From Asterias rubens (Eukaryota), in the NCBI RefSeq assembly GCF_902459465.1, contig NW_022985716.1, positions 1-64,000 of the forward strand: DNA of 64,000 nt, written 5' to 3'. The translations under genes were made by a program, and so were the position numbers. Shown here piece after piece: positions 48,442 through 60,459 of the stretch; the first letter of the stretch is position 1, and each line of letters begins with the position of its first letter. A model generated the notes under the pieces. It was not told where the DNA came from. It searched no databases and saw nothing but the letters and a program-made list of their open reading frames with translations.

Positions 48442-49794
48442 CCATGATGGCAGCCTCCCTAATTTGTCAATATATTTGTTCAGGGGTTCGCATTCCACTC
48501 TAGTCAATTCTTTGTTCAACCCCCAAAATCATTTCAAAATTTACCCAGTCTGTTTCCCTCTTAGAATGTGGTAAAATTTTTAATGTATTGCCGCAAACCT
48601 GGAGTGGTTTTGTCCATGCAAGAAAAATGATCTGTAAATAGAAAAGACAAACTGTCTCCATCTCAACTTTTGAGAGATAAAAACTGATATCTTTTTCCAT
48701 AACCATTTCAGAGTGAAATGATTCTCAAAATGTTTGATACTATTGAAAGCTGCTTGAGCTCTAACCAATTGCAATTAATGTATAGAGTGATTGCAAAAGG
48801 TTTGTTTGTTTGTTTGTTTGTTTTTTATTTCCTATTTCCAAATATCACAATAAATAATCATGAAACATACAAGAAATAAGAACAACGAGTGATAAGAGGA
48901 GGGCACCAGGAAAAAGCCTAGGCTTGTACAGAGCCTGGACCCTTTATAATATAAATTAATAGGTTTTAGTTTATACCAATAACAATATTGATTATTGAAA
49001 TTAAGGTACGGTGAAAGGTATAGTGCATACAGCAAAAATAACACAAAACAATGATTGTTTGTAATTAAACTGTTTTGAAAAAAATGTGTTTGCTATGCAG
49101 CCATAAATACATATTGAGAGTTGATAACAAAAAGGAAAATTAACAGAACATTATTTAGGACATTACAAAAACTTGATAATTTGGAATGGATAATCATGGT
49201 ACGCGTGTAGTTACAGGTGGTGTCATTTTAGACGATACTGGTTATAAGTAGGTTTTTCATGTGTTTTTTTAAGCTGTGCACAGTTCTAAATGAAGGTATT
49301 GGGGTGAGCTGATTCCAGAGTAGGGGGCCTTGATGTCTGACTGTTTTCATAAATAAAGTGGTCCGAGCCTTTCCAATATGAATTTTAGTAGCTGATCTAG
49401 TGTTATGTGAATGGATGTCAATATTTCGTGTAAAGAGGAGTCTTATGTTACCTGGTTACCAAGGTATACATTCCCTTTAAAACTCCAGGACTAAGCATGT
49501 CCCAACCAGTTTTAGATTGTGCGATTCTGTTTCTGCAAATACTTTAGTCAAAACTTTTTAAACTAAAAATGTAGTTACTTTGTGGTCAGGGAAAGTAAAT
49601 TAGCCATGAAATAATTATATGAGAGTAAAATAAACCTATCAGATCAACAAAGAAAACCAAATAAAATCTCGTCATCCCTTTACGATTACTTGTATACAAC
49701 TAAGAATTGTAAAAGTCTGGCGTGATGTCAAATGTTTTCTTGGTTTTTATTTCCATTTTTGTTTGTTCGTTGAGGTGTTTGTTTGTATTATATG

Positions 49795-49900
49795 TTGGGG
49801 TGTTTGTTGGTGGGTTCGGCAGCGTGTTGGGGTGTTTGTTGGTGGGTTCGGCAGCGTGTTGGGGTGTTTGTTGGTGGGTTCGGCAGCGTGTTGGGGTGTT
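49795..49900. repeat. 32-bp tandem repeat, about 3 copies
   Basis: GTTGGGGTGTTTGTTGGTGGGTTCGGCAGCGT. Confidence 0.85.
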
Positions 49901-50204
49901 TGATTTTTCAAGTTCACAGGTTCAAAGTTAGTTAGAAAATTGGTTGTATTTGGAAAAAACAACTAATTTGTTTCTCTAACAAAATGCATGCTAGGCCTAT
50001 GTATATTTTTAATTTTCATGAACTTTGGGTAAATAAATTTTAAAAAGAAGGTTTGAAACCCCAAAGATCGTCTAAAGGTGATATTTGGAGATTAAAATGC
50101 CCTCGTCCAGAGTTGTGGTTGGTACTCACTGCCGCCTCTATAAACATGGATGCATTCGACGTTTCAAATGAAACTGCTGTAATTGAATTTTGCAGTTTTC
50201 TTAA

Positions 50205-50592
50205 AGCCAGTGGACACTATTGGTAATTGTCAAAAACCAGTCTCCTCACTTGCTGTATCTCAACATATGCACAAAATAACAAACCTGTGAAAATTTGAGC
50301 TCAATCGGTCATCGAACTTGCGAGATAATAATGAAAGAAAAAAACACCCTTGTCACACGAAGTTGCGTGCATTTAGATGGTTGATTTCGAGACCTCAAGT
50401 TCTAAATTTGAGGTCTCGAAATCAAAATAATTCGTGGAAAATTACTTCTTTCTCTAAAACTACATGTATATCACTTCAGAGGGAGCCGTTTCTCACAATG
50501 TTTTATACCATCAACCTCTCCCCATTACTCGTCACCAGAAAGGTTTTATGCTAATAATTATTTTGAGTAAATACCAATAGTGTCCACTGCCT
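50205..50592. mobile_element. Kolobok-type MITE family A
   Basis: TTAA flanks and TIRs. Confidence 0.88.
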
Positions 50593-53592
50593 TTAACAAG
50601 TATTCAGCTGGAACTTTCACTTTTGACTTGCATTGTATCTTTATTGATACCTTTGGCAAAATATTTAGCAATGGGCAAAAACGAAACGCTTGGCCTACCT
50701 TTAAATTACAAATTTGAAATGATGTAGAAACAAGAGGAAGTGATTTGTGTGTGGCATAATCATTTCTTAACTGAGCTACTATCCATCTCGGATGGATTTG
50801 TATGTAATGTCAATTTGTTTGTTTAATTAACTGATTTAACCAAGTGTGGGAATGTACAGTAATTGATGCGTAAAACTCCGGAATGAGATACTACAAAACA
50901 CTAATAAACACATGTTGTAAACTACAGCGGGTAGAAATAAGGATAACCACTTGTGGCAGCAGCTTTCGCCTGCTGGTTGACCATGGTTCTAGAAATAAAT
51001 TAAATTTAATGGTATCAAATATTGATCTTGTAGCTGTGGTTATGTTATGCAATAAACCAGCGATGCATGACCGTGGCTGGGGCTCTGCACTCGGGCGCCA
51101 CGAGTCAATCGTGTTCCTGAATCCATGGAGGTAGCAATGGTGTAGTGAGTGTGTGTCTCTCATCATCATTATGAGTATGTTCTACCAAATTAGAAGGAGT
51201 TGGAACGAAGCAGGGATCAAAGGTTGTTCTACCTCCGCTTGGTACAACAGCTGCGCAGGACTAATAGGCAATGTGCCTAGAAACAACAATTTTAAGCATG
51301 AGTGACGACAAATTATTGCAAATGTATTTTGTGTTTGTCTTTGATAGTTAAAATGTAACGTGGCAAACGTGTTTGTTTATGCCGGGGCCAGATGCAGTTG
51401 TGTCCGCCATGCAATACTGTCCGCCCCGGACACTTTTGCATATGCAATCGTGTCCGGGGCTATGCAAAAACCGTCCGGTGGACATGTATGTGCGCGCGTA
51501 AGCGAGCGTGCATGCACTGAAGCTACGTATATACATGTATATACATGTATGCAGCATGAATACTCACGTATTTTATGATTGCAGCGAATATCCAACGGCC
51601 GAACATTCCCCATGTCATTCATGACATGCACTTAGCTTGTAAAACAAAATGTTGAACGTGTTCCGTCGACCAATGGCGGTTAATTTACTGCAAGGACGGT
51701 TTTGCACGGGGGCGGACACAACTACATATGCAAATGTGTCCGGGCGGACACAATTGCATTATGCAGCAGCGTCCAGGCGGACACGATTGCATATATGCAA
51801 AACCGTCCGGCGGACATTATTGCATATGCAACAATATCCTCCGGATTGCATAGAGGACATAATTGCATGCGACACCGGCTTTATTCCATCCGCTTGACTG
51901 AGCTCAGTATGGATGACTTGAAGCAAAACACGCTACACAATCATACCTCCATGGTTTGAGTTAGCTGTTCAGATTTTATTGGAATTGTCCAGACTTTCGT
52001 TCGTATCCCAAAATTTTGCTGGAACAATTTATGTATACATCATAAATAAACGGGGAAAAAACATAGCCAATCCGTTTCATGTCGTAGCCGATTTATATGG
52101 TGTTTGCTAGGCCGAATAAAAAATACCACTTGACCGTTCCCTCCCTCATCCTTCTTTGAGACCGTGTCCTTTTGATATATAATTTTTTTCTTCATTTTCT
52201 TGCCAAAAAAGAAAAATTGTCTTTGTCTTTCTCTTTAAACTTGCTTATCTTTTTAAGAATTAGTAACTACATAAGTAGTGACTGTTTTTAATTGAGGAAT
52301 TGGTGGACAGTTCGAATTTAAATGCTTGGCGGCAACCTTTGAAAGTTTTTTAAAAATAAAACATAATCCCTCATCCTCCTCTTGTTTGGAAAAACTCGGA
52401 CGATCAACTTGTTCTTTTTTACTTGCATAATATTCCCATTTTTGTGTGTGAAAATAGTGATCAATATAGGCATGTAAGTCGCTTACTGAAAAATACAATC
52501 AATGTAATTATTAAAACCCGGCACGTGATTGTCACAAAGCTATGATGTCACAACGCAACGAACAATATTTTGCATAGGGCGCCATAATTATGACAACTCT
52601 TGGAAGAACTTTGCTGAGAAATGTAAGTGTGATTCGCATACCAACATTTAACAAAAAGTTCCCTTTGAACTGGCATAGCATAACAAGTCAGCCAAGAGAA
52701 ACACGTTTGTGCCAGTCAATCGCTTAAAGTCAAACTGGTTAAAGGAACTGGACACTCCAGTTGTTACTGCGTTTCAAATTCAGAATTCGGCCATTCAATG
52801 TTATTTTGAGTCAATATAGCGTATCGCCATTCTATTCGTGACAAACACGCCTATTTAAAAGTGTCTGCGAATTAATTGAATGCTGTTTTGATGAATTGTT
52901 AAATTGAATTATTATTTTGTTCAATCGAATGACGCAACATTACATTTAACTAGTCATAAAAGGAAATCGAAAGTAGCATTAAATTTTGCGCGAGTGGTTA
53001 AATTGGCTGTTCATTTATGCCGAAATTGACAGAGAAAACCTCCATGGTAATTATACACGCAAACACAACTCATCAAACATAAAACCAATGTCAGTCGAGG
53101 CATTTTTAAAGGTACACATTTATATTTCCCGACAATTCCATGAAGAAAAGGCATTCATGATTTCAAAGTTCACTTATTTTTATTAGAAAGTGCTTGAAAA
53201 TGACTCATCATGTGCTACCAAAGTGACCCTGTAGCATGCACAGCATTTTGTTGTCTTACAAGTTGCTTGTAAGTCTCATTCTAAGAAGATTTTGCAAAAA
53301 CGTACTTGTCGCAATTGAATTAGGCCAAACAAATAAACATATACAAACTGATCGTCCCCTCACTCGTGCTTTTTTGAGGCCGCATCCTTTTTTATTATTT
53401 TGTATTACATTTTGTTTTCTTCAAAAAGATTTTTTTGGTGTACGCCTTTTTCTCATATAACTTACTTATCTTTTAAGAACTTGTTACTACATTAAGTAAG
53501 TGGTGACTTGAGTGAAGACTTTGTGGCCAGTTTGAATTTGAATGAAAATGAGCAACTGAGGACTTTTGTTATTAAAGTTAGACCAACTTTGG

Positions 53593-53965
53593 AGGAACAT
53601 TACACAAGCGTTAAGAAAAAAACCTCGTCTAAGATCCCCGATTTACATAAAACATACACGGTCTAATAATGATGATAGAAGAAAACATCCCTTGAAATAC
53701 TTCCGTCTAAAATGCCATATTTGATGAGAAATAAATAAAACTAATTCCCAGTTGGAGTTTATCGCTCAGTGAGCTTTTACACCATTTTTATTAATCGAAG
53801 TCATGCAATAATAATGTGTAATACTTCCCCATTAATTTCCAGAGATCCAGATGGCTGATCGATCTCAAACTTCTCCAGGTTTGTCAGATTATGTATACGG
53901 TAGATTTCATAAAGTGCTTACACTGCAACTATTTTGATAGCAATACAAAAATCGGTAATGTTCCT
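53593..53965. mobile_element. Kolobok-type MITE family D in the 3' UTR region of the galactosyltransferase gene
   Basis: AGGAACATTAC...GTAATGTTCCT-TTAA; body shared with 62235-62590 and a fragment at about 37545-37680. Confidence 0.75.
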
Positions 53966-53986
53966 TTAACATAATTATAACTATTA

Positions 53987-55129
53987 CTATTGCGAGGTTT
54001 TGTTTATCTGCTCAATTTGTGATCCAACTAGTTTATGCCAAAGGCTCAACATTGTATCATTGAGGCGATGTCTGTTGTGAAGTATTCCAACTCCAATACC
54101 CTTTTCCATCGCCTCCGCGTACTTCCCAGAATACTGCTCGTACATCGGAGAAAGCATCGGAATGACGCCGATTTTGCTCATAATTATTCCTACAAATGCA
54201 TCATCGAGACGAAGGAACGGTACATACTTGGACTTGTCGAAGACACGTACAGCTACATCTCGAGACATTGCGTAGCAAGCGCCATTAAGAAAAGGTGGAT
54301 ACCTTTTAGGAGCGTAAACCTCCTTTGGAATGTACCACTTGGATTTTTTCCCTCTTTCTACGATGACATTTGTCCTAAGATGGCCTTCTGCAAAATCAGT
54401 CTTTGGCATTTTGGACAACCGTCTTACCAGTGTAACAATGTTAATCATCATGTCAGCATCTACACTGAATACAAAGCTGGTTTGAGGGCAGTACATCGAT
54501 ATCCATTTCAGTCCCATCATGTTCTTGTAAGTCAGATTTACGTAAACATCGATGAAGTCTTCTTGGATAAGATCATGAAATTCACGGTTTTCCTCTTGAA
54601 TTTGTTTCCGAATGATGGGGTCCGTTGACTCCCCTAGAAGAAACATCGTCAGGACCCGTCTACCGAACACCTCCTTCACACCTCCCCAAGTTTTCCGGAT
54701 TTGCTCTCGGTCCAACTTCTCGAACGGCGCACATTTGACGAGCAAAACCAAGAATAGTTCTCCGTTTGAGTTGCTCCTGTTGAAGCAGGCATCTTGGTTG
54801 TGCATTGTAAACTTAAAACGATGAGGATTGACGACTGGTTGTCCAGACACAGTAGTTAATTGTGCAGGTTCCGCCGTCGGTGAAGTTGTGACGTTTCCAG
54901 TAACGTTCCGACTACTACTTGCTTGCAGCGTGGAGGTAGCTTGCAGCGTGGAGGTAGCTTGCAGGTTGACGAGCTCTGTTTGTATTTCTCTGCTATCTTT
55001 CGTATGTATACTCTTTGTGTTAAGTAAACTTCGCTCATGATCAGAAGAAATGTAACGTAAGAAGCAAAATGTTTCAAATAGTGCTAGTCCGTAAAGGAAC
55101 ACATACTTGAAGATGGTGGCAGTTTTCAT
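53987..55129 (-). CDS. Beta-1,3-galactosyltransferase-like (GT31 / Galactosyl_T) type II membrane protein, single coding exon, 380 aa
   Basis: N-terminal TM segment after MKTATIF and a Thr/Ser-rich stem, followed by motifs REQIRKTWG, FLLG, DLIQEDFIDVYVNLTYK, YCP..FVFSVDADM (DxD), YPPFLNGACY and RLDDAFVG. The ATG at 55129 is preferred over the ORF-track GTG at 55204. Confidence 0.92.
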   Translation of the reverse strand: MKTATIFKYVFLYGLALFETFCFLRYISSDHERSLLNTKSIHTKDSREIQTELVNLQATSTLQATSTLQASSSRNVTGNVTTSPTAEPAQLTTVSGQPVVNPHRFKFTMHNQDACFNRSNSNGELFLVLLVKCAPFEKLDREQIRKTWGGVKEVFGRRVLTMFLLGESTDPIIRKQIQEENREFHDLIQEDFIDVYVNLTYKNMMGLKWISMYCPQTSFVFSVDADMMINIVTLVRRLSKMPKTDFAEGHLRTNVIVERGKKSKWYIPKEVYAPKRYPPFLNGACYAMSRDVAVRVFDKSKYVPFLRLDDAFVGIIMSKIGVIPMLSPMYEQYSGKYAEAMEKGIGVGILHNRHRLNDTMLSLWHKLVGSQIEQINKTSQ

Positions 55130-55984
55130 GGCGTCAGTTGTGGTTGTACAGCACTGATGGTAAGGGTCGAACAGTACTGAATGAACTGCATTTATACCAC
55201 GCACCCTGCACTGATCATGGAGGAATAATTTATTCCTCCATGCACTGATTCACTCTGGAGCGAAGGACGTACACAACGAACGTCACAGCTTGCCTTAACA
55301 TTAACAATGGAGGAAGATGACCACCCCACAAGCTGTAGGGTTGTCTAAACTACGAGTGTCATTTGGTTCAGTGAACCATGGAGGGAATCTACCTCTATGG
55401 TGAACCCATTGTAAGAACATCTTAGAGCATGATAATTTCATGGCTTTGGTGACCATAAGCAAAGAATCGGCACTTGCGGGAAGCAGTCTGGATGTGCTTA
55501 CGTCAAGCATTAAACGGGTTAGCGGGTGATTTTGGCTTTTGCGCGTAACTGTATAGGCAATCTACATTTACCAGGGCGACATCATCTCTGGTGGACAGAT
55601 TACACATGGGACACCGACACAGAAATCATGTCTTAAACTAGGAAAAGATGTCTGTGATACGAGTTCATGAAAAGTAAGAATGACAGTTAATGATTATTAT
55701 TGGCTTCTTATCGTAGCGCGCGTATCCGCCACTCTGAAAGGCGCTTACATTATTATTGTATTTCTCTACAATGTATGTGACACACTACGTTTGAATTATG
55801 AGACATGCTCCCTTGCATTATGTAATGGTTAACGAGGTGCTGTGGCGCAATATGCTGCCAATCAAACCAGGAACATCGGGGCGAGCCCCTTCTCTTTTTT
55901 TTGTTATAAGTGGGCTGTGTTCTTTTACTTGCGCTACACAAAACACGGGACCAACGGCTTTACGTCCCATCCAAACTTAAAGGC

Positions 55985-56235
55985 AAGCCATCTTTGAATG
56001 AGCAAGCCATCTTGAAAGGGCAAGCCATCTTTGAATGGGCAACCCATCTTTATCGAGCCATCTTTGAATGGGCATGCCATCTTTGAATAGGCAACAAACA
56101 ATCCTGGTGGGCAAGCAAAACTTGAATGGGCAATCCATCTTTAAATGGACAAGCCATCTCTGAATGGGCTAAAGCCATCTTGAATGGGCAAGCCATTTTT
56201 GAATGTGCAAGCTGTCTTTAAATGGGCTCCCATTT
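55985..56235. repeat. Degenerate 19-bp tandem repeat (GGGCAAGCCATCTTTGAAT)n
   Basis: Directly visible. Confidence 0.8.
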
Positions 56236-56333
56236 TAAATTTACAACATCATGAAATATTGAACTGTTAAAAGTGGCAAATTGACCCGAAGTTTACGTGA
56301 AATTCAAGGCCTGCGATCTCACCCGTGTGACAC

Positions 56334-57211
56334 TTAATTTTTGTCAACCTCGTAGTATCTACAGTTGGTACCTTTGGTATCAGAGTTGCTGACTATCATA
56401 TCGGATTGCTTCACAAAGTAGCTCACGCATGTGTTGTTAGTCATACTGAACGAAAAGCAGTAAGGGGTCTTAGAACACACTGCACAGCACTGCATCAAAG
56501 ACGTCATCTGACGCTCCTCAATGATGTACGTACTGAGAGAACTGCATCCTTGGTCTAGGTCCACTTCGTGACAACGACCCGCAAGCCGCTGACATAGAGG
56601 GCGCTCGCACATGGTGAAGCGTGGGACATAGACCTTATCGCAAATACCAATGCGCAAGCGCAGACTGTTGAATGAGGTGCATTGTGGGATAGATATGGAT
56701 CAAATTTGGGTACCAGCTAGACCACAATGCACCTAATTCCAGGCTTTACGCGCGCGCCCCAGTATTTGCGAAAAGGTCTATGACACCTAGCATCATGCCA
56801 AACATAATCAAATTGCCACATGATTACGCAACTTCCACCATCAGGCTGGCCATCATCCCACAGCGCGTGATCCGTCTGCTTAGGTAGGGCCGAGTTGTCC
56901 CAACAAACTAAAGGCCCATCGTCACCTGTTGGCTTGAAGCATCCCAACCACAAACCCCCAATCAGCGAGTCATTCTGAGCCTTGAACAGATTACCAATCA
57001 ATTTGTTCTCTTGTACGGTAGAGGGCAGCACAATGTTACCGCCAACCTCTTGACAAGCATCGATTGCTTCTTCCCAGGTAAGTTTTGGACTTGCTAGAAG
57101 TAAGTAACAGCGTTGATCATGTTGAGCCCACCCTCCGGAACATGATCCACAGCTAACGATTGATACCGACATTGCAATCAGTAAAACGGACACTTTCAAC
57201 CTAATGCACAT
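56334..57211 (-). pseudogene. C-type lectin + PAN/apple-like domain gene disrupted by a 152-bp MITE (intact form 241 aa)
   Basis: Signal peptide and CTLD (CSGGW..HDQRCY, TWEEAIDAC, LWLG, QPD, WHDARC) are present. Removing 56629-56780 restores CHVPRFTMCERP and continues in frame into CCAVCSKTPYCFSFSMTNNTC..stop at 56334 (726 nt). As sequenced, the insert causes a frameshift and a stop at 56717. Confidence 0.8.
56629..56780. mobile_element. 152-bp MITE inserted in a lectin coding exon
   Basis: TIR TAGACCTT[A/T]TCGCAAATAC; exact removal restores the reading frame. Confidence 0.9.
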
Positions 57212-57920
57212 GGCTAAATAATTGAGAGACATAAATAAGAGAATTGTTGCCTCACCGAAGTTGTATGTCGTCTGGTTAGGCTGAAGTTGCCGAAACCTGG
57301 TCACACTGGACTGTGTTCTTTCTGTCTCATAGGCAGACAGTGGTTCGAATCCTAGTCAAATTCCAACATGACTGAATAATTGAGAGACAGAAATAAAAGT
57401 TTAGAATTGTTGCCTCACCGAATTTTTATGTCGTGTGGTAAGGCTGAAATTGCCGAAACCCGGTCAGAACGTTCGCATCCTTGTTAAGTTCCCTGTGGTT
57501 TAAAGAGAGTAATAGACGGTGGGTTCGAATCCTGGTCAAGTCTTATGCTCTTGAGCACATAGACAAGTTTTGCATTTGTTTTTATATAAATTTATATTAC
57601 CAGTATTGTTTAAGTTAGCGTAGATGCGTCGGTTCAAATCCTGGCAATGATGATGACCGTCTTCTTTGCGATTGGCGTTGGTTCAAATCCTGGTCAATGT
57701 CTTATAGTCTGGTTAGAGGTCAGGTTTCCTTGTGTAAAAGCTGTGATTTCACGTCAGCATAGTTACCTGTTTCCTCGTTCCAAAATGGCGGAGTTTCGGT
57801 TAAGGTTTTTACTTGAATGTTGAGCCTTTTATCAACACGGTCACGTACCTAGCACGGTTGAGAAAGTAACATCAATTGTTTCGCACGATCCACAACAACA
57901 GTTACATTAAACATTAATCT

Positions 57921-57970
57921 TTCTCCCGAAGACGATCAGAGCATACTGATCAAAACGTCGAGTTGAAACC
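57921..57970 (+). ncRNA. Decayed Penelope-type hammerhead-like motif
   Basis: CTC-CCGAAGA-C-GATCAG agcata CTGATC-AAAAC-GTC-GAG; same family as 38751. Confidence 0.4.
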
Positions 57971-58837
57971 CTATGGTTACCGCAAACCATAACAATATTA
58001 ACGATGTTTGCATCAACCTGTGTAAACTGCACCCAACCTTTTCAGATACTGAAACCAGACTGGAAGCTGAAAATTTAGCAACAACGTGTATATTGCTTTA
58101 CTGCCCAAATTGTGTATTTTATGACTATTTTATTCATATTGCCATGGTAACATATCATCAACACAGTGCTGATTCGCCTAATGGGAGACTTAAGGCACCA
58201 ATAATGCATTGTTTGACTTTCTGAGCAAAAAGAAAAAGATAAAGACTTTTACCTCAGAAGGACAAAGCAGGTCAAGCCTAATGATTGTTAAAGAAACCTT
58301 AAGCACCATTGTCTTCAATGATTAACAAGTTTCCGGCAACAGAGCATTATCTGAGTATCAATTATTTAGTTCTCCTTTAAAAAGCTTAACAACAATATTA
58401 GCTCCGTACGATTGTGTAGACTACGCAAGTCTCTTGTGAACATCGAAAACGAGAAAACAACTCGGACCATTATTTTTCTATGAAAGTCAAATCGTCTTTT
58501 CTGATAATTTAAAACTCCACTTTTCATAACAATTTTGTTGGAATGCCTAGAATATGCTTGGTCGTGAATAGTTCATATCTTTGGCAACACGTAACCACGC
58601 TTTGGAAAAGTCGTAACTTCACAAAATCGCCGCTTCGCATGGATGCCATTTCCATTCGAAGGCAGATATGAACCTGGCTTTATACGCCAGGGTATGGTCT
58701 GTATAAACTTGATATACCTGTGACTATTTAATACCCACGGACCAATCACACTGAAGATTTCCCTTCATTGACCAACCACTGTCTATTTATCCACTCTCTA
58801 ACTATCATTTATAAATGAGTGTAAAACAGCACTTATT

Positions 58838-59002
58838 GACCCTGTACGAAACCGCGGTTTCGGCTTTGGATTCGGCTCAGGCTTGGCCCGCAGTTGTTTT
58901 CAAAATATTGCGCGTGCTTTGCATACGTGCTCAGGGCTTCAGACGAGAGGACGGAGCCTGAAGCTGAATCCAAAGCCGAAGCCGTGGTTTCGTAAAGGGC
59001 CA
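58838..59002. mobile_element. Small MITE (G[A/G]CCCT[G/T]TACGAAACC.CGG TIR)
   Basis: Inverted termini of about 35 bp. Confidence 0.7.
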
Positions 59003-59503
59003 TGGGGGTGGGGGGGGGGGGCACCCTAGTAAATAAAAGTCCTATTCAACCAACGCTAAATGTTACATCCTCAAAAATACACACAAAATATTAAAAAGTC
59101 CCTCAGTCATTCAAAACAAAAACACAACATGCAGTGACATCTGAACTTCAGTTTTCTTATCTATTTTATGTGGGTAGTCTGGGGTCCTCCTGAGCTACGG
59201 CCGTCGCAAAGAAAAGAAAAAAACCTTCACAGAGGTGATTACTTCGAAACATAGAAGCAGCCATCTTGAGAAAGGGGGTCCTATCGCTTGTGAACAAAAT
59301 AGGACCATTTTGTCGGGGCCTGGCTCACCCAAGCACCCGAAATTGTGAGTTAGTAACCCCATGGTACAATAATGGGCCATATTTTAATAATCCCTGAAAG
59401 TTTTGGCCCTAAAATCTGTCATTTACAGAACATTTTGAGGGCATATATATTATTAATGAGGGCTCGGCGCATTGATTCGGTCTCTATTTACTTGGGTGCA
59501 CCC

Positions 59504-59666
59504 ATGGATGGCTTGCATATAGCGTCATTGACCGCCATCTTTGTTTTAAAACAATGGAAACATGCACGTGTACGCGCTACACACGAGTCTCAGCCAATGA
59601 GACCTCCTCACTCTTGCACACTTCATCAAAGATGGCGGCCGATGACGTCATGCGCAATCCATCTAT
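59504..59666. mobile_element. MITE with AGATGGATTGCGCATGACGTCA..GCCGCCATCTTTG TIR
   Basis: Imperfect 40-bp inverted termini with AT flanks. Confidence 0.65.
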
Positions 59667-60076
59667 TGGCTGTCTGAGTAATATTTCAGCTAGCTTTGGG
59701 CTATATTGAAGGGGTAAGAAAAATCCTTGCACCATGGTTAACGTATTTCCTCATCTGAATTTTAAATCCAGTACGTTTTCCCCCATTTAAGACTTGAAGT
59801 GAACGCAAACAAAGTTAGTTATTTTTTTATAGAATCAGGCATTGATCCGTTTGACGAGTATTGTGAAATGTCAAGGTAAAAAGGACTACAAATGGACGAT
59901 TTCGCTTAATATTTTATAAAGTGAGAGTGTGGGAAAATTGCCGTAACGAGTTCAATTAATTATAGATAATACATTAAGGATAGGCTAAAAAGTTAAAGAC
60001 TAAATAGATAATAATCGTGGAGGTAATTCCCGATGTAAACACGCCTACTTTATACATACCGGCTCCACTCATTACC

Positions 60077-60419
60077 TAGTCTTGGTTCAAGACTCTCCTG
60101 GATTTGTCACAAAAGGGCGCGCTATCACCCGGACCCCAACGCGCTATCAACCACGAACCGCTATCAACCACGAACCGCTATCACAGCAGAGTCTTTGCAC
60201 ATTCGTTAAATCTCCCCCAAAAATGAAGGGGCGGGCTCTGCGGGAAACGTACGCGCGCGCATTATGTTTCCCCCCGATTTTTTGGGGAAATTTAACGAAT
60301 GTGCCAAGACTCTCCTGTGATAGCGGTTCTCGGGTGATAGCGGTTCGTGGTTGATAGCGCGTTGGGGGTGAAAGCGCGCCCTGTTGTGAAAAATCCAGGA
60401 GAGTCTTGAACCAAGACTA
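60077..60419. mobile_element. 343-bp foldback MITE, TAG..CTA termini, 9-bp TSD
   Basis: TAGTCTTGGTTCAAGACTCTCCTGGATTT TIR; CTCATTACC at 60068-60076 and 60420-60428. Confidence 0.88.
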
Positions 60420-60459
60420 CTCATTACCAGAAGCCCTTTATAATATTAGGAAATGCATT

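Noticed and set aside
33939-50554. Similar short ORFs (…CFQMLDFETSKS…, …LCAFRCLI…) as a gene family or transposase
   Set aside because: They are chance frames in copies of the family-A MITE; no DDE or other domain.
54035-55077. Plus-strand and alternative-frame ORFs over the galactosyltransferase
   Set aside because: Antisense shadows of a real CDS with no recognisable motifs.
58190-58700. Possible decayed LINE reverse-transcriptase tail
   Set aside because: No convincing RT motif could be read in any frame.
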